From NCBI GenBank assembly GCA_032249235.1, contig JAVVGF010000001.1, positions 434,895 to 498,894 of the forward strand: a stretch of 64,000 nucleotides of DNA. Direction: 5' to 3'. The translations under genes and the position numbers were made by a program. The notes below the pieces were generated by a model that saw only the letters and a program-made list of their open reading frames with translations, made no database searches and had not been told where the DNA came from. Of this stretch, positions 30,430-39,885 are shown piece by piece (within the stretch, counting starts at the first letter, position 1; each line of letters begins with the position of its first letter). The stretch is from Thermoproteota archaeon. GTDB lineage: Archaea > Thermoproteota > Thermoprotei > Gearchaeales > Gearchaeaceae.

Positions 30430-32100
30430 ATGCAAAGAAATACTATGCATAAAAAGTTAGTTTCGTTCTTATTTATTTTGATATTCACATTTTCAGTTTT
30501 AGCACTTATAAATGCTCAGACTGATTATTCAAAGACTCTTAAGCTTAACATCTTGACTGATGCGGATGAATATCCTCTTTTAAGCAATGTGAAGATTCTT
30601 ATTGCGCTATTTAACTTGAGCAACGAAACACTAAAATTAGAATTTCAAAATTCTTTAACTTTCGATTTCCAAATAAAAGGTTTAGATAATAACTATACTT
30701 ATGAATATTCGAAAAATGTCCCTATTCTTTGGTTTAATAGAGAGATCGTTTTAAAAGCATATGAGAATATTGCTGAAACATTCTATTGGAATGCTACGAT
30801 ACCAGGCAAGTTTTTAATCTATGCATATCTAGTAAATCATCCAGAAGTTTATTCGCAAAAAATGATTACAGTTCTACCTTTTACGTTGAAATTACAACTT
30901 AATAAACCAATATATAAGGAGGATGAAGATGTATTTTTGAATGTAACTTTAATTGGTCAAAATTTAAAAAATGTCTATAATTCATCATTATATATTAGTC
31001 TTGAAGGAGCGTTGACAGGATACCATGACGAGAAGAAGTTTTCTTTTTTTATTAGAGGAGAAAATATTCTGAGAAATTTCAATCTTAAATATTCAAACTT
31101 AAAGCCTGATTCTTATAAAGTTTATTCGATCTTTGTTTTTGACCAAAGTAAAATAATTAATAGTCTAGATTTTTTTGTCATAAAGAAACCTATTTTAAAA
31201 ATTGAAAATATTAATATATTTACAATATCAAATTACTACACCGATGAAAATATGGGTTATATTTATATTGTTTTAAAATCTAACTTAACTATATATGATT
31301 TTCTCGTTTCAAGTTTATTCAAAAATAGTACTTTTAGCTATTTCGAGGTTAGCAAAGTTAATCATCCATTGAACTTGAATCTCGAAGAAGGTAAATATTT
31401 AGCTATAACTCTTTTATATAAGCTCCTTAATCCTTCGAATTTTGATTTATCTTCACTGAATCTTTCTGAAGCTTCTAAATATCCTTTTGAAATTGATTAT
31501 GCAGGATATGCTGAATTTTATGTAAACTCTACGACTAAGAATGTGACATTACAATTAAAGCCTGTAAGCGATTTCACATCTAAGCAAGTACAGATATTCA
31601 TAAATACATCGAATTTGGCTAGAATTCATCACTTATTTATTTTCAATCTAATTCAATGGAATAGAATGTTGATTGATTTGCAAGTAAGTTCAATAAGTAT
31701 TTCCTTAGTTTCATTCCCTACATTGTTTGTGGTTTTTGAAGGAAATATTAGCCTTGAAACAATATCATTAAATAAATCAATTGAAGCATTGGGAGTAAGC
31801 TTAATATCTGGTAATCAATCAAGTGTGAGTATTAATATGCAAAATTTAAGCGCTGAATTACCTCAAAGTTTTAGGGAATTCATATTGCAAGCAATCACTA
31901 AGGTGCCTTTTATTCAACCAACGATTACCATTACTACTACATCTCTTCGAACTATATTAGAATATTATGCAACTTCAGGTGCTCAAGTTCAATATACAAA
32001 CTTATTTTCTAGCCAATTACGAAATCTTTTATTATCTATTGTACTTGCATCTGGTATAGCAATAACGATTTGGGTAATCATTAGAATGAAGACGAAATAA
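30430..32100 (+). CDS. Secreted, C-terminally anchored cell-surface protein with Ig-like domains
   Basis: Signal peptide, beta-rich domains with many N-x-S/T sequons, Thr-rich linker, C-terminal TM plus basic tail. Confidence 0.7.
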   Translation: MQRNTMHKKLVSFLFILIFTFSVLALINAQTDYSKTLKLNILTDADEYPLLSNVKILIALFNLSNETLKLEFQNSLTFDFQIKGLDNNYTYEYSKNVPILWFNREIVLKAYENIAETFYWNATIPGKFLIYAYLVNHPEVYSQKMITVLPFTLKLQLNKPIYKEDEDVFLNVTLIGQNLKNVYNSSLYISLEGALTGYHDEKKFSFFIRGENILRNFNLKYSNLKPDSYKVYSIFVFDQSKIINSLDFFVIKKPILKIENINIFTISNYYTDENMGYIYIVLKSNLTIYDFLVSSLFKNSTFSYFEVSKVNHPLNLNLEEGKYLAITLLYKLLNPSNFDLSSLNLSEASKYPFEIDYAGYAEFYVNSTTKNVTLQLKPVSDFTSKQVQIFINTSNLARIHHLFIFNLIQWNRMLIDLQVSSISISLVSFPTLFVVFEGNISLETISLNKSIEALGVSLISGNQSSVSINMQNLSAELPQSFREFILQAITKVPFIQPTITITTTSLRTILEYYATSGAQVQYTNLFSSQLRNLLLSIVLASGIAITIWVIIRMKTK

Positions 32101-32673
32101 TTATATTTTGTAAATAGCAAGAAACTTCAATAGGTTTTCAATATTTATTTCTGCCATTGTCCTCCAACCTAGCTTAACGATGCCTTCATTATTTATTTCT
32201 AAATAACCTAACTTTCTGAATTTTTCAATGTATCTTGATGCTTTTATTTTTCCTACTTTACTCTCTAGTAATTCTTTAAGTTCATTGAAGTTAGCATTGT
32301 TCGATCTTGCTAATATTTGAACAATGCATGCTGATAAACATGCTAGTTCTTCTATGTTGAAGTTTCCTTTCATGTTTAATCCCAGTATAGGTTCTTTACT
32401 CACAATGTAATAATGAGCTCTAAGATAATCATCTTCTGAAGGATTTTTTGGATCTTTTATGTCTTGAGGTAAAACTATTTTCACCATCAATCCAAAACTA
32501 TCTAGTTCGCTGTTAAGTAATTTAATGATATAAAGGTATTTCCTGCCAATGAATTTCTTTAATTCATAGCCTGTAGCTCCGGGTATACTTCTTCTTTGAA
32601 TTAGGATTAAATGGAGTGCTTTCTTCATCTTTTCATATAAAGTAGCTCTTCTTTTCTCTACTCTTTTGCCCAT
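32101..32673 (-). CDS. Tandem winged-helix protein, putative KITE (Nse1/Nse3/ScpB-like)
   Basis: Two predicted wHTH units; C-terminal FRKLGYLE...VKLGWRTMAEI resembles the Nse1/MAGE WH-B end motif. Confidence 0.6.
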   Translation of the reverse strand: MGKRVEKRRATLYEKMKKALHLILIQRRSIPGATGYELKKFIGRKYLYIIKLLNSELDSFGLMVKIVLPQDIKDPKNPSEDDYLRAHYYIVSKEPILGLNMKGNFNIEELACLSACIVQILARSNNANFNELKELLESKVGKIKASRYIEKFRKLGYLEINNEGIVKLGWRTMAEINIENLLKFLAIYKI

Positions 32674-33368
32674 TTTGATGCAGGGATTATAATTGAGCCT
32701 TTAATATTTCCTCCTCCTTTCTTTAAAATCATTCCATCTTCAGTTTCTTCGATATAAAGCTTATTCAATGAAATCAAATAAGATATGAAGTAAAGAATTT
32801 CTATTTTCTCTTCAAAACTTTTATTTTTTAAAATTTCTGAAATCCTAATTGGAACTTTATTATTTAAATCGTTATATAAATTTTCAATTTTTTTCAATAT
32901 TTCTTTTTCTTGAATTTGAAGATCTTCAGTTGTAATCTCCTTATAACTCAAGCTAGGTTTTTCTCTTAAGCGGTTTCTTTCTTTAATTGAAGACCAGTAT
33001 TCAAGAGCATGATTCAAAGCCTCTATGTTTATAAAATTCGTATTCATTAAAGGATGCAGAGTTAGCAACGTCAAGTTAGATAGCTCTATCACATTCATTT
33101 TTTTAACCTTCTCTAATAGTAAGTCTGGAGACGAATAAAGAAAAACTGCCTTATAGTTTAATTCATTAGTTTGTTCTTTTAAAACATTAGTTATACCATG
33201 CAATGCTTCAGCATCCATTAAAAATTCTTCTACATCTTTAATTTTGACAAATATTTTATTCAAACGTTCAAGCAATTCTTTAATATTTATCTTAAATGGG
33301 TCTATTCTTTTTTGAATAACAGAATTAGTAATTTCGATAATGTAGTTTAATTCCTCTTTAACATCCAC
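32658..33368 (-). CDS. Putative kleisin (ScpA/Nse4-like)
   Basis: IDPFKINIKELL...DAEAL..I..VL N-terminal helical domain; C-terminal FEEKIEILYFISYLISLNKLYIEE wHTH, resembling ScpA. Confidence 0.62.
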   Translation of the reverse strand: MDVKEELNYIIEITNSVIQKRIDPFKINIKELLERLNKIFVKIKDVEEFLMDAEALHGITNVLKEQTNELNYKAVFLYSSPDLLLEKVKKMNVIELSNLTLLTLHPLMNTNFINIEALNHALEYWSSIKERNRLREKPSLSYKEITTEDLQIQEKEILKKIENLYNDLNNKVPIRISEILKNKSFEEKIEILYFISYLISLNKLYIEETEDGMILKKGGGNIKGSIIIPASKWAKE

Positions 33369-33399
33369 AGCTAAATTCTATACTATTCTTTATAAGATT

Positions 33400-34887
33400 T
33401 TATTCTCTCATAAGAGACAACTGCTTAACAAACCATAGGGTACCAACCTTTGCATCTTCAACTTCAATACCTAGTTTCCTTAGTTTTTCCCTTATTTTAT
33501 CTGCCTCACTATAATTTGCTTGTTTTCTTAGTTCTTCTCTCTTTTTTATAAGTTCCTCGATGAATTTTTCGAAATCTTCGTTCAATTCAACACGCATTTC
33601 TTTTTTGTATAGATCGCCGAAGATGATTTCACCTATTGGATCTATCATGTTAAGTAATTTCTCTGCGATTGTGGAATCTAGATATCCGTTATTTTCCACA
33701 TAAGTTATAATAATTCTCGCCATTTCGTCTAGATGCTTTATTGCAAGCGGAGTATTCAGGTCATCATTCATAGCTTCTAAAAACTTAATGAAGTTTTCCT
33801 CGATAGTTTTCAATAAGTTGATGCTTTTCTCTTCTTTTATGTTCATTTTTCTCGATTTTATTAAGAACTGAACTGCCTTAGATACTCTTTCAACAATCAA
33901 CTTAGCTTCTTCAATACCTTTTTCATCGAATAACAATTGTTTCCTATAATGCGTTGAAAGCAAGTATAATCGCAAATTTGTAGCGCCGTATTTCTTTATA
34001 GCATCCCGTAAGTAAATAAGTCTCTTATAAGATTTAGACATCTTTTCTCCTCCTAGCAATACATGTCTAGTATGTAGCCAGTATCTAACGAAAGGTTTTC
34101 CTGTAGCTGCTTCGCTTTGTGCAAGCTCATTTTCATGATGTGGAAAAATATTATCCTCGCCACCTGTATGAATATCGAAACTTTCGCCCAAATATTTCAT
34201 TGACATTGCTGAACATTCAATATGCCAACCAGGTCTTCCTTTACCCCATGGAGAATACCAGTATGGCTCATTAGGTTTGGTAGCTTTCCATAAAGCAAAA
34301 TCTCCAATATATTCTTTGTCATATTCGTCTTTTGCAATCCTTCCGCTTGCTCCAACTAATAATGCTTCCTTTTTTATTCCAGAGAGTTTTCCATAATCTT
34401 TAAATTTCTGTATGCTAAAGTAAACACCATCTTCAGCTACATATGCAAAACCTTTAGCTATTAATTTTTCAATCAGTTCAATCATTTCTTGTATATGCTG
34501 TGTAGCTAAAGGATGCACATTTGCTCTCTCTATTCCCAATGCAGCTCTGTCTTCAAAATAAGCTTTGGTATATTTTTCGATCAATTGCTGATAGCTTATC
34601 TTTTCTTCTTCAAGCCTCTTAAGTATTTTTTCATCTATTGAAATATCTGTTATATTAGAAACATGAAAGACTTCATAACCTAAAAATCTTAAATATCTAA
34701 CTAAAACATCCCAAACAGTATAAGTCCTAGCATGACCGATATGCATGTAGTCATTTACAGTTAAGCCACAGCTATATATCCTTACTTTATTGTCTTCTAT
34801 GGGCTTGAATTTCTCTAAATCTTTTGTAAGTGTATTGTATAATCTTAAGTTTTCTCTAATTTCTTCTAGCTTAACAGGGATAATCAC
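33400..34887 (-). CDS. cysS: Cysteinyl-tRNA synthetase
   Basis: YSCG, HIGH, DFALWK, GRPGWHIEC, FPHHENE, KMSKS. Confidence 0.97.
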   Translation of the reverse strand: MIIPVKLEEIRENLRLYNTLTKDLEKFKPIEDNKVRIYSCGLTVNDYMHIGHARTYTVWDVLVRYLRFLGYEVFHVSNITDISIDEKILKRLEEEKISYQQLIEKYTKAYFEDRAALGIERANVHPLATQHIQEMIELIEKLIAKGFAYVAEDGVYFSIQKFKDYGKLSGIKKEALLVGASGRIAKDEYDKEYIGDFALWKATKPNEPYWYSPWGKGRPGWHIECSAMSMKYLGESFDIHTGGEDNIFPHHENELAQSEAATGKPFVRYWLHTRHVLLGGEKMSKSYKRLIYLRDAIKKYGATNLRLYLLSTHYRKQLLFDEKGIEEAKLIVERVSKAVQFLIKSRKMNIKEEKSINLLKTIEENFIKFLEAMNDDLNTPLAIKHLDEMARIIITYVENNGYLDSTIAEKLLNMIDPIGEIIFGDLYKKEMRVELNEDFEKFIEELIKKREELRKQANYSEADKIREKLRKLGIEVEDAKVGTLWFVKQLSLMRE

Positions 34888-34923
34888 CTTTCATGCTCAT
34901 CATGATATCCTCTTCAAATTTAT

Positions 34924-35961
34924 TTATAAACTTGCAAGCTCTCTGACTTTTTTAGCTATCGCATCTGCTACTTCATATGTTTTAGCATTGCCTCCAAGAT
35001 CATAAGTTAATGTTTTACCTTCTTTTAGAACTTCAATAACTGCTCTCTCTATTATGTTAGCAACTTTATCCATTTTGAACCATTCAAACATCATTTTCAT
35101 CGAAAGTATAGTAGCTATAGGATTTACTACATTCTTGCCTGCATACTTTGGTGCAGATCCATGAACAGGCTCAAACATTGCATAGTTATCTCCAATATTT
35201 GCAGCAGCAGCTAATCCTATTCCGCCAGCTACATGTGCTGCTTCATCAGATAATATATCACCAAACATGTTCTCGGCAACGATAACATCATATTCATGCG
35301 GTCTTTTTATTAAATTTACTGTCATTATGTCAATGTGAGCGTCATCTACAGTTACTTCAGGATATTCTCTTTTAGCCATTTCATAAATCGTATTCTTAAA
35401 TAATCCATCCGTGAGTCTTAGAATATTTGCTTTATGAACGATTGTTAAATGTTTCTTCCTAGATTTAGCAAGCTCTAATGCTACTCTGCCAATTCTTTCC
35501 GAACCTTTTTTAGTTATTACTCTCAATGCGGCTGCAGCATCAGGTAGTTTAAACTCGATACCTGCATACAGGCCCTCTGTATTTTCTCTTACTATTACAA
35601 GATCTACATCTTCTCTTATAGGATTTGTTCGAGGATAAACCTTTGCAGGTCTAATATTTGCATACAAATCAAACATTTTCCTAATTTGAACTGCAACGCT
35701 TGGAGGAGCACCTTCTTCTTCTGGTGTAGTCATAGGTCCTTTAAGAACGCAATCACTTTTCCTTAAGATTTCTATTGTCTCTTTTGGTAAATTCGTGCCG
35801 TATTTCTCGATGCAATAATACCCAGCTTCGCCGAATTCATATTTTATCTGTAAGCCTTTTATGCTATCTTGTAAGGCATCTAGAACTCTTAGTGTAGCGT
35901 CAACCACTTCTGGGCCTATGCCATCACCTTTTAGTACAGCTAGTCTAATTGGTTTACTCAT
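34924..35961 (-). CDS. Isocitrate/isopropylmalate dehydrogenase family protein
   Basis: GDGIGPEV, RENTEGLY, HKAN, NMFGDILSD, FEPVHGSAP. Confidence 0.92.
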   Translation of the reverse strand: MSKPIRLAVLKGDGIGPEVVDATLRVLDALQDSIKGLQIKYEFGEAGYYCIEKYGTNLPKETIEILRKSDCVLKGPMTTPEEEGAPPSVAVQIRKMFDLYANIRPAKVYPRTNPIREDVDLVIVRENTEGLYAGIEFKLPDAAAALRVITKKGSERIGRVALELAKSRKKHLTIVHKANILRLTDGLFKNTIYEMAKREYPEVTVDDAHIDIMTVNLIKRPHEYDVIVAENMFGDILSDEAAHVAGGIGLAAAANIGDNYAMFEPVHGSAPKYAGKNVVNPIATILSMKMMFEWFKMDKVANIIERAVIEVLKEGKTLTYDLGGNAKTYEVADAIAKKVRELASL

Positions 35962-35984
35962 CGTTTAGGATTCAAAATATTGAA

Positions 35985-36392
35985 CTAATAAAACTTTCTA
36001 TAAGTCCTCCATCCTTCAATGAAGAAAACAATTCCAGCGCTTAAAAGAAAAATAGATGGCAAAAATAAAGTCAAGTTAAAACTCGTTGATAAGGAAAGGA
36101 AAATAAAATAAAACGATAGCGTAAGATAAAAGGCTGCAAAGAGAAATAATCGAGGAATTAAAATCTCACCTATTTTTATTAAATCTTTCACAATGTCTGG
36201 TTTAACCTCTTTTACTAATTTATATCTCCCTAATTCTTCCTTTGCTAATCCCATTTCTTCGAGTCTTTTAAGATGATATTCAGCTAGCGAAGGAGATTTG
36301 AAGCCCAATGCTCTTTGAACCTCTCTAACACCTACTTCTTCTTTTTTTAATAAATAAAGGTAAACCTGTAATGTTTTACCCCTAAGCTCCAT
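35985..36392 (-). CDS. Membrane-tethered winged-helix transcription regulator
   Basis: VGVREVQRALGFKSPSLAEYHLKRL wHTH followed by two TM helices. Confidence 0.8.
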   Translation of the reverse strand: MELRGKTLQVYLYLLKKEEVGVREVQRALGFKSPSLAEYHLKRLEEMGLAKEELGRYKLVKEVKPDIVKDLIKIGEILIPRLFLFAAFYLTLSFYFIFLSLSTSFNLTLFLPSIFLLSAGIVFFIEGWRTYRKFY

Positions 36393-36499
36393 TTCTAGAT
36401 TTATTAGGCATATAACCTTAAGTATATTAATGCTTCGTTTGCGGGTGAAACAATGTTCAAAAGTTTTGTAAGTTCGTAAAAACTTTTATTTTTAAAACA

Positions 36500-37633
36500 T
36501 TGAATTTTCATTCAAATATCGTGAATAAAATAGTATTGTATAGTGTAGCAGGAATATTGATTGCGCTAATGTTAGTAGCAGTGTTTGAACTTTATTCACC
36601 TCTGAGAGAAAATATTATCTCCACTACAACGCCAACCTCGTTTAACTACAATTTTGTACTATGCATTACGGATCCTCCATTAACAATAGGCGAAGTTGAA
36701 AACATCTATTTGAATTATCAGAATGTGTATATCCATTATGCAGATAAGGGCAACTGGTTAGTATTGAATAGTAGTGGAACGTTGGAGCTTAAAGGATTAG
36801 CCAATTTTGCCCAAGTGTTAGGCGTAGCTAAATTGCCAAGCGGTAAATACGATTTGTTGAAATTTACAAGCTTGAATGTTACTATTGATTATGAAGGAAC
36901 GAATTATACTGCGATACTACCAACGAATGATTTAGCAGTTACGATTTCTCCGCCTCTGGATATAAGCGATGAGAAATCTAAAGCCCTTTTAGTTCAACTC
37001 GTTCCAAGAGTTATCATGAATCCTACCAAAGAAAACGAGTTTATTTTCATACCTTATTCAAAAACTATTATAATCGACAATGTGAATGATCTAATATCTA
37101 ACATTACAAGCATAAATTTAAAACAAATAATTAAAGAGCAATTAAGAATCCCTATAAGAAATCCCAACATAATTAAGAATCTAATAAATATGAGCAAATA
37201 TAATACAATAGAAATATTTAATGCATCACTTTCTTCATCTTCCTTATCTTTCGCTTTAAATAATACTGGCAATGATTCAATAGAATTAAAGCTACTATTC
37301 GTTTATTCAGAATTCAGCTTTAAAGGTAAGCAAAGATATTTCATTTCAGGTGTATTCAAGTTTTCACCGAATGGAGATTTAGAATATATTCCTGTATTTA
37401 ATCCACAGGTTTTTAAAGAAATCTACACTTTAAGTAAAGGTTTTGTATTAGAACCGCATGAGACCAAAACTTTCCATTATGAAGGCAAAATAAATTTATT
37501 TTATTTTATAAAAGAAGCGGGGAAGGGATTTTCTAAGTTAGGAAATAGAATGATTGAAAGTAATCTTAGCTTTACTTTAATAATTATAGGCGAGCCTTTA
37601 GTATTTGTTTCTATTACACTGGTTTCCAGCTGA
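36500..37633 (+). CDS. DUF4382-like membrane-anchored extracellular protein
   Basis: N-terminal TM, ITDPP motif, LPSGKY; likely start GTG 36521. Confidence 0.65.
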   Translation: MNFHSNIVNKIVLYSVAGILIALMLVAVFELYSPLRENIISTTTPTSFNYNFVLCITDPPLTIGEVENIYLNYQNVYIHYADKGNWLVLNSSGTLELKGLANFAQVLGVAKLPSGKYDLLKFTSLNVTIDYEGTNYTAILPTNDLAVTISPPLDISDEKSKALLVQLVPRVIMNPTKENEFIFIPYSKTIIIDNVNDLISNITSINLKQIIKEQLRIPIRNPNIIKNLINMSKYNTIEIFNASLSSSSLSFALNNTGNDSIELKLLFVYSEFSFKGKQRYFISGVFKFSPNGDLEYIPVFNPQVFKEIYTLSKGFVLEPHETKTFHYEGKINLFYFIKEAGKGFSKLGNRMIESNLSFTLIIIGEPLVFVSITLVSS

Positions 37634-38341
37634 TTAAAACTCTATAGGTAGATCGGTATCTTTCAATATAACATCTCCATTTGGTTTTAAGCTCATTTTG
37701 ATCGAATGAACTTCTACCCCTTTTGAATAGGCTTCTTTTATGAGTTTTCCTAATATTGGATCTGCAACATGATTTGGCTTGAAAGCTTTAGCTAGAGGAT
37801 GAGCTGCTATGAAAACAAGCATTGTTCTTTTGCCTTTTTCATTTAAAGAAATCAGCTCTTCAACATGCTTTCTTCCTCTTAACGAAGGACAATCTGGATA
37901 CATAGCATAGTATCCATCAAAAAATACTGCTGACTTTACCTCAAGATATAGCTCATCATTGTCTTTCTTAAACAAGTAGTCTATTAGTGAATTATTGACT
38001 CTTATATTTCTTTTAATAAGCTTGAAATCCTTCAACCATGTGATTAAATTTTTTTGATGAGCTATTTCGAAGCATTCCATTTGTAGTCTTGTGTCAATTA
38101 AGCAAAATTCATCATCGGTTACTTTAGTACCTACAAGCACATATCTTAACTTTTTAGGTTTTTCAATTTTTAGGCATAAACCAATATTGTTTTCGAATAC
38201 TATTTCATTAAGTCTTCCAGTATTTGTAAGCCAAACTTTTTCTTCTTTTTCCCCAATTTTCGTTAAAACTGTAAATCTATTTAATCTCTTTATGATAGTA
38301 CAATATTCAAGATATCCCAAGTTTGTTATGTAGGAATCCAC
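37634..38341 (-). CDS. sfsA: SfsA DNA/RNA nuclease family
   Basis: RLNRF, NTGRL, IDY, EVKS, YPDCPSLRGRKHVEEL. Confidence 0.92.
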   Translation of the reverse strand: MDSYITNLGYLEYCTIIKRLNRFTVLTKIGEKEEKVWLTNTGRLNEIVFENNIGLCLKIEKPKKLRYVLVGTKVTDDEFCLIDTRLQMECFEIAHQKNLITWLKDFKLIKRNIRVNNSLIDYLFKKDNDELYLEVKSAVFFDGYYAMYPDCPSLRGRKHVEELISLNEKGKRTMLVFIAAHPLAKAFKPNHVADPILGKLIKEAYSKGVEVHSIKMSLKPNGDVILKDTDLPIEF

Positions 38342-38378
38342 AAGATACCTTAAAATATGAAAATAAAATTATAAGCTC

Positions 38379-38783
38379 ATGCCAAATGTTATAAGACATT
38401 TAGTTAAGGATTTAATGAGACATGATATACTAGTTACTGTTAGCTCTAAGACCCCAATTCTAGAAGCGGTTAAGAAAATGGCACAGCATAATATTGGAAG
38501 TGTGGTTGTAGTAGATGATAATAATAGAGTAATAGGTATTTTCACTGAGAGAGATTTAGTAAGGGTTGTAGCAAATTCAATCAATTTAAATGCTGAAATC
38601 GAAAAAGTAATGACAAAAAATCCCGTAACAATTAATTATGATGAATATGTTGAAAAAGCAATATTATTGATGAGAGAAAACAATATAAGACATCTGCCAG
38701 TAGTAAATAAGGAAAATAAGTTCGTAGGGATGATTTCGTTAAGAGATGTTTCGAAACTTATAATTTCTGAAGTACTTGAATAG
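38379..38783 (+). CDS. CBS-domain pair protein
   Basis: VKDLM, IGSVVVVD, GIFTERD, IRHLPVV, GMISLRD. Confidence 0.93.
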   Translation: MPNVIRHLVKDLMRHDILVTVSSKTPILEAVKKMAQHNIGSVVVVDDNNRVIGIFTERDLVRVVANSINLNAEIEKVMTKNPVTINYDEYVEKAILLMRENNIRHLPVVNKENKFVGMISLRDVSKLIISEVLE

Positions 38784-38816
38784 TTATTTTACCAATTTAA
38801 TCTTTTATTAAAATAA

Positions 38817-39854
38817 TTAATTAAACTTTGGTTTTAATAAGACTTTTATGCAATTTCCACTTTTTAGTGTTTCGAAAGCCTTATCAAAATTTAATAAATC
38901 AAATCTATGGGTTATAAATTCCTCAAAAGGAAATCCAAATTTTTTAATTAACTTTTCTAACAAAAACCATGTTTCGAACATTTTTCTCCCAAATACACCT
39001 TTAAGCTCGATTTCTTTTAAAATTATATTCTCAGCAATCTCTATAGTAATTTCACGTTGTGGTATTCCAAATAAAATAGCAGTTGATCCAGATTTTAAAA
39101 GTTTAAGTCCTTTAGTAAATCCATCTTGTGAACCTGACATTTCAAACAAGATATCTACTCCTTCTTCAACCTCGCTTCTAATAATGTGCTCAACATTTTC
39201 TTTTTTAGAATTGATCACTGTATCTGCGCCGAAAACTTTAGCTACTTTTAATCTATAATCCGAAATATCAACCCCTATCACATGGCTTGCACCTAGTTTT
39301 TTCAAGAAATAAATCGTAGCTATCCCTATTGGCCCGCACCCATATACTAATATGTCTTTGCCTATAGGATTTGTTTCTGAAATTGCATGAACAGCATTGC
39401 CAAGTGGTTCTAAGGAAGAAGCATATTCATAGTTTAAATTCAAATTAAGCTTCCATAGCGAAATTTCCTTAGTTTTGCAATATTCTGCAAAGCAACCATC
39501 TATATCGACGCCAAGCACTTTAAGATTTTTGCATATATGCATTCTTCCTGTTTTACAATAATAACAATTCATGCAAGGGATATGAGATTCCCCTGCTACG
39601 ATATCTCCTATCTCTAAACTTTTCACATTCTTTCCTTTTTTTATAACCTTTCCAACCATTTCATGACCTATTATTCTTGGTATTCCTATCCTATTTTTAG
39701 CCCAATCATCCCATTCATAAATATGAATATCTGTTCCGCATATTGAAGAACTCAATATTTCAACTATTACCTCATCTTCCTCCTCAATTCTAGGTTCTTG
39801 AGCTTCAATAAGCGTTAAACCTTTTGCAGGTTGAATTTTTGCTAAAGCCTTCAT
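38817..39854 (-). CDS. tdh: L-threonine 3-dehydrogenase
   Basis: ICGTDIH, GHE, structural-Zn Cys cluster, EPLGNAVH, GCGPIG, GRKMFETW; adjacent to kbl. Confidence 0.9.
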   Translation of the reverse strand: MKALAKIQPAKGLTLIEAQEPRIEEEDEVIVEILSSSICGTDIHIYEWDDWAKNRIGIPRIIGHEMVGKVIKKGKNVKSLEIGDIVAGESHIPCMNCYYCKTGRMHICKNLKVLGVDIDGCFAEYCKTKEISLWKLNLNLNYEYASSLEPLGNAVHAISETNPIGKDILVYGCGPIGIATIYFLKKLGASHVIGVDISDYRLKVAKVFGADTVINSKKENVEHIIRSEVEEGVDILFEMSGSQDGFTKGLKLLKSGSTAILFGIPQREITIEIAENIILKEIELKGVFGRKMFETWFLLEKLIKKFGFPFEEFITHRFDLLNFDKAFETLKSGNCIKVLLKPKFN

Positions 39855-39885
39855 TGATGATTAAAGTCTTAACTTAATATAAATA

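Noticed and set aside
34888-34923. Minus-strand ATGATGA between the dehydrogenase gene and cysS as a C/D-box sRNA
   Set aside because: No downstream D box at guide distance; the adjacent AAGGTG looks like part of the cysS translation-initiation region.
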